From Tubiluchus corallicola (taxonomy: Eukaryota; Animalia; Priapulida), in NCBI GenBank assembly GCA_030141605.1, contig JAQGDQ010000010.1, positions 1,505,729 through 1,569,728 of the forward strand: a DNA stretch of 64,000 nt, in the 5' to 3' direction. A program made the translations under genes and the position numbers. A model generated the notes under the pieces. That model had not been told where the DNA came from and ran no database searches. It saw only the letters and a list, made by a program, of their open reading frames with translations. Of this stretch, positions 27,901 to 38,800 are shown in pieces. Position 1 is the first letter of the stretch. Each line of letters starts with the position of its first letter.

Positions 27901-30597
27901 GCTAACGGAGCTGCGGCTGCTGCAGCAGCGGCTGCCACTGGTCAAACAATTGTCCACTATGCTCAAAGTGCTGATGGACAAGTTTTCCAGATCCCAGGTC
28001 TAAAAGGTAATTTAAGTTTTTAAAACATGTAAATAATTATTCAGAATTTCTATTGGTGATTTTACTTTTCCAAAACATTTGAGCCACAATTCTAGTTCAG
28101 GCTGTAAGTTATTTTTCTTTCATATATTTTTTACCAGTTTTACAAGTCATAAATATTGTTTAATAGGTACGTTTGAGACAGGTGTATTAACTACCTGATT
28201 CTGGTATTGAATTAAATTAAAATTAACTTTTTTCGTTTCACAAAATAATGCACAACAATAACCACAGCCAGTCTGCAATGGTGCAATAGTTGAATAGTAC
28301 ACAGGTAAATAGGGCCTGAATGCTAGTAATAAGTGAAACGGAGAGAGAATAGCGATGGTAGAATGTGTAATGATGTGTACGTCCATAGCAAAATCGTTCA
28401 CAAGTTGACATTAAGCTTTTCGTGTTACTCACATATTTCTATTTTTCATGTGGATCATTTTTATACCAAGCTCATCACTCTATGTTATTTCTAAGCTGAG
28501 ATAATCCACATTGAAGTTGAGGTGCATGCTGCACACTGAAAAACATAGTCTTGAAAAAATTACTATTAAAGTTAGCCATTGTTTTTGTTGCATTTCTGAA
28601 AAACACTTAGCAACCGCACAAATGTTGGTTGCTATGGACTTTGCAAGAACACAGTGAAATTATGTTTAAATCCAGTAGATGACTCCTGGTGAAGATCTGG
28701 GCTTGGCAGTTATATAAATTAGGAACAATGGTGTACTAATTATAGAAATGGCGAAGTAAACTGGTACTCATTAGCCAACTTAAAGTGCTATGACAGGCTT
28801 AACAAGTCGTAGTTCAAAGAAAACCTCAACATTTATACAAAAAATGAGATAGTGCAATAACGGTCAGCAATGTAATTTGAAAACTGTGACAGTCAGTAAT
28901 AATGTTTTGAAGGCAACTGATAGACTGTTGAATGTTTTTGACATGCACAGTATTTTTAGAATTGAAATTTATTTTTTACATGGACATATAAAACATAATG
29001 TTGTTTCCATTACGGTCCAAGTGTGGTCAGTAATTACTAAGAATAGAAAATAACTTCGATACTATTATAAAAGAAAAAACACCAAGTTATAAATGCTTTA
29101 GAAAATAATTACAATACACCGAGATACATCCATACAAGATAAAATCAAGCACTTTTAAGCAGTAAACCTAAGCATTGTTAAGTGCCAAAATTTAGCACAC
29201 CCTTAGCAAAACGAAGCACATTAATTGCTAAAAATAAGCAACACTGTTATTGAAAAAAGAATTAAAGAAAGCGTTATATGATAAAGACAACACATTGTGA
29301 TACATCCATAATAAAATAAAGATTACAATAAAAGTTTAGCAATGCGTGAAATAAAGTATAATAATAATCAAACATTAGATTAAAACACATTATCACATGC
29401 ATGCTAAATAGAATCTGATACATAAAAAGTGGTATGTTTAAAAATAAATCAAAATGATGAAAGTGCCTTCAGTAAGGCTGTTTTTACTTGCGGTTGTGTC
29501 TCATTGAATCATAAATCTCTGTCTACATTATTATGCAATAATGCCACACTATACTGCAATGTTGGTTTGCTATATTCACTTCTAAGTTTAGTTAAATACA
29601 ATTACCTGCCACACACTTCAGTGAACGACTCCTCAGTTGTTTTGTCTTTGTGCACTTTCCTGGGCCTTATTTGACTTTGTATTTAGCAGGTGCAACAATT
29701 CAGTTAGCACAAGGGCAAGATGGACAGCTGATTGTTCCTGCCGACCTATCCGGGTATCAAATTAGGACTTCTTCTTCCTTGCCACAGGGAGTCGTGATGG
29801 CACAGAGTGCGATTGGAAGCCCGTCGCACGCAGTTGAGGAACAGACAAGAAAGCGCTCACTTCGATTGATGAAGAATAGGTGCACATTTTATTTAGAAAG
29901 AGAATTCCAAAATTATTGCTGTTTTTAAACTTTAATTAATACATTTTTATCCTTGGAACTTTTTAACCTTATCCTGTGTCTGTATAACCTGACTAGTGTT
30001 AGTTCTTTAAGCATTTATGTGTAATTGTCTTCTTTTTAGTACTTGGTTCTTAGATGTTTTATGAATTTTAATTTTAAATGTCTGTACACCAAACACCATT
30101 TTTATTGATTTTAGGTAATAAAATTTTATTATTTATGAAACCCTACCCTACTATTAAATGTACTTGTAACTGCACATATTTTTATGTTATTTATGATCTA
30201 GCTATCAAAATAAAAATAATCTATTCCTTGATTTGCCTCCCTAATATCCCTTTGACAGGCAAAACAAAGAAATCAATTTACACCACACAGATTTGCCTTC
30301 TCTTTATCGTTATATCACTTTTATTTTTGAAACAAAATTCTATATAACTTCTTGTTTACAGTTGTTATTGGTACGAATAATGTTAAAAATCTGACACAGA
30401 TAAATTGAATATCTAGGGCTTGTCGAAACTAAAATTTTTTTAAACTTATTAGGGAAGCAGCACGTGAATGTCGCAGAAAAAAGAAAGAGTATGTGAAGTG
30501 TCTCGAGAACAGAGTTGCCGTTTTGGAAAGTCAGAACAAAGCTTTAATAGAGGAACTGAAATCGCTAAAGGAGCTCTATTGTCAGAAGAGTGACTAG
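24810..30597 (+). CDS. CREB: cAMP response element-binding protein (CREB1/CREM/ATF1 family), ~320 aa, 6 coding exons
   Basis: Exons 24810-24992, 26721-26815, 27464-27624, 27812-28006 (or 27997), 29687/29690-29879, 30453-30597; all GT-AG with consistent phases. Q1 region IQVQSVIQPNQSVIQ; KID KRREILARRPSYRKILNELS; Q2 motif QGLQTLTMTNA; bZIP RLMKNREAARECRRKKKEYVKCLENRVAVLESQNKALIEELKSLKELYCQKSD*. Confidence 0.96.
26721..26815 (+). CDS. CREB: CREB coding exon 2 (KID, PKA site)
   Basis: gaaag|VIEAQQDSTSNTDESEATRKRREILARRPSY(R)|gtaat. Confidence 0.93.
27464..27624 (+). CDS. CREB: CREB coding exon 3 (KID C-terminal half)
   Basis: ttttag|(R)KILNELSAADD...AGGIT|gtctg, phase 2 to 1. Confidence 0.9.
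27812..28006 (+). CDS. CREB: CREB coding exon 4 (Q2 domain)
   Basis: ataacag|..VQGLQTLTMTNANG(A)9TGQTIVHYAQSADGQVFQIP; two in-phase donors, after 27997 and after 28006. Confidence 0.9.
29687..29879 (+). CDS. CREB: CREB coding exon 5 (Q2 end and start of basic region)
   Basis: TAG/CAG tandem acceptor; GYQIRT...LPQGVVMA...EEQTRKRSLRLMKN(R)|gtgca. Confidence 0.92.
30453..30597 (+). CDS. CREB: CREB coding exon 6 (bZIP)
   Basis: ttattag|(R)EAARECRRKKKEYVKCLENRVAVLESQNKALIEELKSLKELYCQKSD, then TAG. Confidence 0.96.
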
Positions 30598-32506
30598 ATG
30601 TGTTAGACTCAGGAAATCCATTCAGTGTTTGCCTGCTGTGATTCTATGCATTACTTCCCCTCATTTTGTAACTCTTTATCTTCATTTGCCTTGATGCAAA
30701 GGAATTTATTTTGATATAATATTGATATGTAGCAGTGAGTGATTTGCTGATGTAATCAGACTAATTAATTAGTCACAACAAGCCTCTGCACCATTTTTGA
30801 AGGTAATGTATCTGAACTATGAAGAAAAAAATGTTGTTAGAAAATTATTGTTTTCTTTAGCACTTAAAATAAAGAAACTAGTATAAAGAGCATGACATAC
30901 TCTCATATATCAGAATAATTGTGTGTTGTTAAAGTACACCATCTTTGAATGTTTCTCGGATACCAGTCCACATAGTAAACATGGCTAATGCAAGGCATAT
31001 GCAGCTACCACGTACGCATGTTGATTTCGCCACTGGCTACATAATGCAGTTCGATTTGCTGTAGTAGAGATGGTCCTTGACCAGAGGCAACACTCTTTTC
31101 GCATCTGGTAATTTGTAAAGCCTAAGAAACTGGTAGGAAAAATTATATTCTTTCGCCACTCAACAGTGCCCACTGCCCACAACTTTCATGCTCTACCCAC
31201 TGCCCATATTTTCACTAAGACGCTTCTTTCTATGTTCAGGACAAGCACTCTTATAAGACAGAGATGCCAGAAAAATAACCATAAAATTGGTTTGCTTGCT
31301 TTCCTGCCAAAATGTTCTCTAGACAAAATCAGTTCTAATTAGGCTATAAATATTTATGAGTGATAGTAGTTAAATCAAACAGAAGTGAAAAATTGTTAGC
31401 TTGCACTATATTCATACAAATTTGCTTTGGCAAAATTTGCCAAATGCACATTTTTATGCAATTGATATGAACAGTTAAAATGATTGCATGAAAACTGCAA
31501 ATGTTCCTGTTGGCCTAATTATTTCATTAATATTTGTATATAACTGTGTGTATATTATTTCTGAATGACAAATGTACAGTCTAGTAGGTAATGTGTTATA
31601 ACGATTTATAGTTTTTATGTGTGTTGAACCTGAACTAGTCAGTTAAAATGATCACACGCTCTTCTTTCTAAACAACTAGCAGTGGATTATAGGGTTTGTT
31701 TAACATTAAAACAGTAAACAATAAATTTTTATTCGAAAACTGAAAATATGCTCTAGTTGGGAAGAAAATTGGGCTTTGCATATAACTAAATAGATTTTTA
31801 AATTGCCCAATGAGCGATTATTAGCCTTGATGCTAATTATGAACCCATGTTTGTGTGTTACTCGATTAATAGCTTAATTTAGGCTGAGCTCGAGAAAGTA
31901 TTTTAAATGTTTCTGTTGGTAAAAACAAGTAGAATTACCAGCCAGTTTTTTCAGGGCTCTTAATGTAAGTTGCTTATTTCCAGTTTTATCTAGTAACTTA
32001 TGCTACCATTTTAAAATGCGTTATTTTCAAAATAAGAAAAGATTAGCTTCGCAGTTTACTATGTCAGTCAATGTACAGTTGTTATTTCAAATAAGACAGA
32101 ATGAATGTTATATTCGCACAGTTTTATTGTTTCAATGGTTTTTGATACACATTTTCTCACATCTCAACATTTTCTACAAAAATGAAAGTACAGAATTTCT
32201 GAATTTTTTCTTGTATATGTGCGTTATTAAAATCAGAATTTGAAAGTCGAAAATATTATTACCTTGCAACAAATAATGTGGCTTTGACTTAAGCTATTTG
32301 TACACTTACATTTTTAATACTGATAAAAATTGCAAAATATGCCACAATAGTCTTCTTAAATACAAAAACAATATCCACTTTATAATTATTAAATTTGTTA
32401 TACAGTGTATTGTTTATGCACTTAAATGCCACGAAAGAGTTCTACAGACATTACTTGCGATGAAAGTATACTATAAACATTGTACTAAGAGAATATGAAT
32501 TATCTA

Positions 32507-32654
32507 ATGGTAGTCATTTATATACAAATGTACAAGTACCAAAATAAACATAAAAGATGAAGATTACGGCCTTGCATCGTGATGGTAATCATTTGGATAC
32601 AAATGTACAAGTACCAAAATAAACAAAAGATGAAGATTACTGCCTTGCATCTTG
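32507..32654. repeat. ~75-bp tandem duplication in the 3' region between CREB and the ZnF gene
   Basis: Two copies of ATGGTA.TCATTT..ATACAAATGTACAAGTACCAAAATAAAC..AAAAGATGAAGATTAC.GCCTTGCATC. Confidence 0.85.
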
Positions 32655-32800
32655 ATGACAATGTAATAATGTAGCGAATAAAGCAGAAATTCAAATTGGA
32701 TACAGAATTATTATAACTATTACGGTGCTATTACAAGAGACAAAAATGACAGTACACTAATTCAGCTTTTTTGTATGAAATCACGGTCGGAGTATCAGTT

Positions 32801-32818
32801 TCATTTCGTGGAATTCTG
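32801..32818 (-). CDS. ZnF gene probable last coding exon (QNSTK*)
   Basis: Long U-rich tract, then ttttgcag|CAG AAT TCC ACG AAA TGA (NAGNAG acceptor). Confidence 0.55.
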   Translation of the reverse strand, partial: QNSTK

Positions 32819-35800
32819 CTGCAAAAAATACATAAAAATAAATTTGTTGTTTGGAACTAACAACAAGTCAACAACACTGTTGGATCATAATAGTTGTTAA
32901 AGACGACTGTATCATCTACTCTTTACAAGTGTATACTATTGATATACACATCTGGAGAATTACCACTTTCAAAGTCTTCAAAATAAAAGAATTCAGTCAG
33001 TTTGCAGTATCACCTGAAATTTCTTGCAGCGAGGTCAGCTATACAACATGTCACAATCACCATTGTTTCTATAAGACATCCTGTAACTTGTTCCAGGTAA
33101 TGTGACCAACTGCACTTCTTGCTGACAACCACTGTTTCACTCTAGTTAATTTTCTGAATATTTCTTTTACAGACAATTATTTATAACAGTTTTGTTGTGT
33201 GCACGGGCAATTGCTGTAGGTCAAAGCTTAAGTGTACCACAGCAACGCGCCATCTTAACTACAACTGTCACAAGATGTAAAGCAAAGCTGTCTGCAACAT
33301 CAGTTCAGTAACTTCAGTTGTTTTACATCGAATTGTGCATTAGTCTGTGCATAGAGTGATTTACTAGCAAGATTTTGCTTGGGAACAAGAAAAAATGAAC
33401 CAGGTAAGGTTCTAGCTAGTTGTTAAAACTGATACAATTACAATAGCATGGGCAGCGAGACAAGTGTACACAAATACATTGTCTGGTATACTTAACCTTA
33501 GACCATTTCATAATTAATTACTGGAACCGTGAAACGGCTTATTAACAGGCCTGCAGAGTAGACATACAATCAAACCTCTTTATACTATTCACTTTGGGAC
33601 GGGAAAAAGTTGGCGTTATAGCGAGTTAGGCATTATAACGAGGTGTGTTAAATTTGCCATTGACAAATCACAAAACTGTCAGGTAAGTGTACACAGATTA
33701 TAGTCCACGGTTATCACTAAGGATAATTTAATGACTCACCAAGAACATTTTCTTTACATAAACGTGTGTTGTACTCAACTATATAATCTGTAGGCCTACT
33801 GCTCCACTAAACACTTGTGGCGAAAAACGAATCATATGTTTTCTGTCAGTTACTATTATGACAGCACATTGACAATAATATCGGAGCTATCAATCCTTTA
33901 CTATTGTGAAAATACAGTGAACAGAACAGCTTGAAAACAATCAAAGAATGATAACACTTATTATTTTGCACGACACATGACATCTGCATATTGTAGGTGA
34001 GCCAGCGGAGCTTATAACAGCCTTCGGTGGCTGGCATAATGTCAAGGTCTCCTGTGTGGTGGGCGGAATTTCCCCATTGAACATATACATTAATTTACCC
34101 GGCGGATAGTGGATAACGGGTGGCGGTATAACTGGTTATTTTTATAGCAGTTGAATACAACCATTTTGTTCCTGACCATTTTGCAGGCGGTACACGAGTT
34201 TGGCAGTACAACTAGGTTTGATGGTATTTTACACAAACACTGACAAAACGCTGCAGCAATAAGACTTGTGTATAAAAACAGTTTAAAGTAGTTTCAAGAA
34301 AAATTAACTAATTTTGTAACTTACTTCGCATATTTTTAATTTACATGTAACCGATCACGCAATCATTTTTATGATTAAAAGAAAAATCATAAGTTCATAC
34401 CGGATGATCAGCAGTAGCGCCGTCTAAGCGATACTGCAGAAGCGCTTGCGTTAAAGCATTCGAAACTTCTAATGCCATAGCTGCCTCTGTCTCGTTATTC
34501 ACAATGCAATTTGACTAGAAAACAAGAGTCAGTTATAAGCAAAACACCTGTGCTACCACACGCAATGCACTGAAGTTGACAGGATATAACCACTGCTTTA
34601 TAACATTTTTACACATTCCTGTCTGAATTATTTATTGCCGTTTCTTGTATTCAAACAAACTTTGAAAAAAAATTTCTGTGGACAGAGAGCACGATGATTT
34701 TCTGTAATTACACAACAATTACTAAGGACTTTTCACTAACAATTGCTCCAAACAATGCCAACCACAGCCACTTTTAGTGACTTTACTATAACATTTACAT
34801 TTAGCTTACTAAATGAAACAATTTTGTTTATTTATTATTACACTGGCTCTTATGTTTCTTTGTGTATTCTAGATATTAACTATTCTTGTTACCAAATTAT
34901 TAGTCTTGATTATTATCCAAAAACATTTAAAAGCATACCAAATTAGTGAGAAGATCCACGACTCCAGCTGGATTTGACTGGAGTGATGAGCCACTAGGTG
35001 GATCCATTCGACGAGTTGTTGGTTCTCGTACGAAAGGTCCATCGCGATCTGATGATCGACTAGCATGTCCTAGAGGTGAACGAGATCGTGACCGTTCCGG
35101 GGGTACACGATGACGACGTTCATATGGATCGTCATATGGAGGAACTCTACGACCATATGGTTTTTCTTCACCACCATATCTATCAGAAATTGGGTCTAGC
35201 CTGTAAAAATATGCCATAAACGATACCTTAACACGTGAAAACCTCAGAAAAATCTGAGAAATCTTAATATCTAGCACGTATGACTGAGACTTCTTACACT
35301 TTCTATAAGACATGCTGGAAAATCTCCTTGAGGAAAAACAAACATTCTGATTTTCTTTCACTATATCTACCAGTATAAACTTCCTATTTTCTGATACTGA
35401 AAAAACACAAACAGAACCACAAATTTTAGGTCCTATTAAACCAGAAATAACAGGTGACTTGTCCATATTATGCAGAAATACCTACCAACATTCTGCAGAA
35501 CACTCTTACCCATATATGACTCTCAGACAAAACAAACTAATGACAGTCACTTTTGACTGCTAAATAAGTAACTCTGCGTGCACTCCCTACAGTCCACAAT
35601 CATGGACTGCATATATCGACGACAACTTTGATTTTGATTTCTTCCAACCACAATGCCTCTTAAACACTGTTTACAGTGACAAGCACAGATTGCAGATATG
35701 TGACATCTGCAATCCAGCTCATAACAAAAGTACTAAGAGAGAACTAAACTTCATGAGATTGTTAAAAATACCTTCTAGGTAGCAGTCTTGGGAGAGATTC

Positions 35801-38800
35801 TGTGCCTCGCTCATACCGACTGTAGGGCCATGTATCCTCTTGAATGCCATACCTAAAAAAACTCCATTAGCAAATCTGTTGGCAAAATATAGGTGAAATA
35901 GGTTTATAAAACACTTATAAGTGAATTAGACTACAGCTTGACAAGGCAGAAACAAAAGGGGAAGCAGTGGTGGTCAAAAACGCAAAGTACTTTTATTACA
36001 ACATTCCATCATTGGTTCAAAATAGCCCATTTCAAGAGCCACTTTCCCTTCTTTGCAATATGTAGGAATCTGCTACAGATTTTCTTTAATAAATTTTAAA
36101 CTATTCTTTAATATAATTTTAGACAGAAGAAATGTTACATTTATAGACGATAGTTACCCATCATTTGGTGGATAATCTCGATGAGGTCGTCTCTGTCCAT
36201 ATGGATCGTAAGGGACGGGTCTGTCGTAATACGGATCTCGAGGCACTCTTCTCATTAAGTCTTGTCTTTCCTGGACACTGCTGTGTCCATAATCTCGCAC
36301 TTCACCAAACGTACTCGCAGGGCCTATACACGCAGAGCAAATATGTTAAAGGGCACTCCAAATGATGTTTTTGAATAAAACTTCAGTGTTAGTTTCTTAA
36401 ATTACTCTAATTCAATTAACAACAGTCAGAAAGCATAGTCACATTTCAGAGTATTGCTGGCAGCACTCCAGCTGCTTTACAAACCATTCCTGCCAAAGTA
36501 GGATATTTTTATAATGAGAACTCTGACATCAACTAAAGGTCAAATTACAAGGGTAACAACGAGTGAGCTTACCTTTAGAATCCCGCATTTGACCAAACAT
36601 TTTCTGAGTTACAGCTCTGACTTCATCTATAAAAGCAATTTGCTCTTTCTTAAATGATATGAAAAACTGTTATGCCATTGCTAAAATTAGAAGAGGCAAA
36701 TGCTCAACTGAGATGAAAGTGATTAGGACAATGACGTGATTTTCCTTTTTAAAATTAAGCCCCATGCTTTGTGTACACTAAAAGTTTTCCAGAGCAGTTT
36801 TACATACATTCTACATGAATATAATATCAAATTTCAAATAACTACTGTACGTTAGAATGGTGACAGTGTAGCAACAATGAAAATAATAAAACCACACCGT
36901 ATGCAATAAGACACTTAGCGTGAAACTTTCGACTGAAAAATGTGCCCACTGTGTTTTTGCAATGAAAATACAGATTTAACCTATTTTCCTACCTTCAATG
37001 GCTTTCCGGGATCCTAGTGGTAACTGATCATGCTGTTGTACTTGTCGGCGCATATTCGTATCTTTGGGCGTTTTTACAATTCCTGCATTAGCTGTCATGC
37101 TGGGAACCAATTCTACGATAACTCTGACCACTCCCTGTCCATCTTCTTGTTCCATTATCCTCGCAAATGCCTCGGCAGCAGCAGTCTGTTCTGATTTCTT
37201 GTTTCCGGCCGATTTCATCTGAGTGTACAAATCTGGTCTGAGGGTTTTCTGCAATAGTTAAAAGAAAAGAGTGATGCTAACACCCATGGCATCTCATACA
37301 ATAATAAAATGCAAAAATGCACTTTGAAGACTAATTCTTATTTGATAATCTATTACTATAACGAAATGCAGAAATTCCATGTATGCCAGCCAACGCAGTG
37401 AAATAGTCAGCAAGAAAAAATATACACTTATCGCGACTTGCAACACTGAGCCACTGAGGTAGAAATTACACTAGTTTTTGGCCTTGCAAACAGGTGGTGG
37501 AATACAGTCTGAGCTACTTAGCGTAAAGTCTTGTATGCAGATGAGGTTAAGCGATTAGTCAACAAGAAAACGCTTATTACAGAAACTCGGGTCAGACTCA
37601 AATTTTAGGTAACAGTTTAGGAAACACTGCTTTCCAAATGTTAAGAAGCAGATGCGCAAATTTTCAAACCTAGTATTATTAAAAAAACTAGCATAGCTAG
37701 CAATCAAATTTCACAGTCTTGTATTATAATAAATTATGGTATGAAAGTTACAAATTTACAGCATAGTAGTAAGTTAATTAGTATTAAGTTTTAGTATTTA
37801 GTATATAGTATTAAGCTACAGTTAGTAGTTTAAGTTATGGCCGAAAAGCTCCCACGTTAAAGATTTATGCCAGAACAATGTCAGCTAATCATTAACTGAA
37901 AAACAGCCACTATGATGTATAAAGCGCTTAATACATGGAAGCAAAGCAATAAAGGAACAGATCAGGTTACATCAAGGCCTTCACCACAAAACATACAGCA
38001 TTGATAAAAAATTTGATTTTTTATTATCAAGAAGAAGATCTGGAATTCCTGGAAATAGGATGTACGACAGCTGCACAGAGCTGTCTGATGCAGAGGAAAC
38101 GAAAGCAAAAATTTGTTGAGTGTTGGGACTAGTACCTCTTAAAGAAGTGTGAAGCTATGCCAGCTGTTACAAAAGTCATCTTAGTCTAATTTGCATTGAA
38201 AGTGATGGACACACAGAGGCACATAATTATGAGTACTTAATGTAAGTTTTAACAATTGTGACATACGAGATACTTTCCAGCATTATTTTTTGGATTTGGT
38301 GATTTAAAACTTCTGTAACTTTGAAAAAATTTAAGGGAATGACCTAAAACTTTTCATGTTTATAAATCATTGCATGCACCACCATCAGTGTGGTAATTAT
38401 CAAGCATTTTCGGTACGGTTTTCTTGTAACACCTGATATAAGTAAATATCCAAAGGCACTGAACTTACTAACGTATGCATACGGTGCTTCAAGCCAGTGA
38501 CATGGGTGAGGATGGTACGAGGGTCACATTTAGCATCACATGCCTCACAATTGTACCGTGCCTCAACATCGGGATTTTTCTGCTGGTATTCTACTACATA
38601 ATCCAAACCTACAGTAAGACAGAATCACTTGCACATAATTCTTGACATCAAATTAATGGCTAACAAAAATTTGTTTGTTATTATAACATATAACATATTC
38701 ATCGTAGAAGGTTTATATACGTAGTAAGCATCATAAAATTTCATAAAGCTGTGTCATTAAAAAATTACAAAAATTATGTGAAATGAAATCATTTTTTGCT

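Noticed and set aside
28240-28312. Possible ICER-like internal first exon in the CREB intron (CAG|GTAAAT donor)
   Set aside because: The frame that would join the next exon contains a stop, and no CRE cluster lies nearby.
32507-32654. CRISPR-like repeat array
   Set aside because: Only two adjacent copies with no spacers, in a eukaryotic context.
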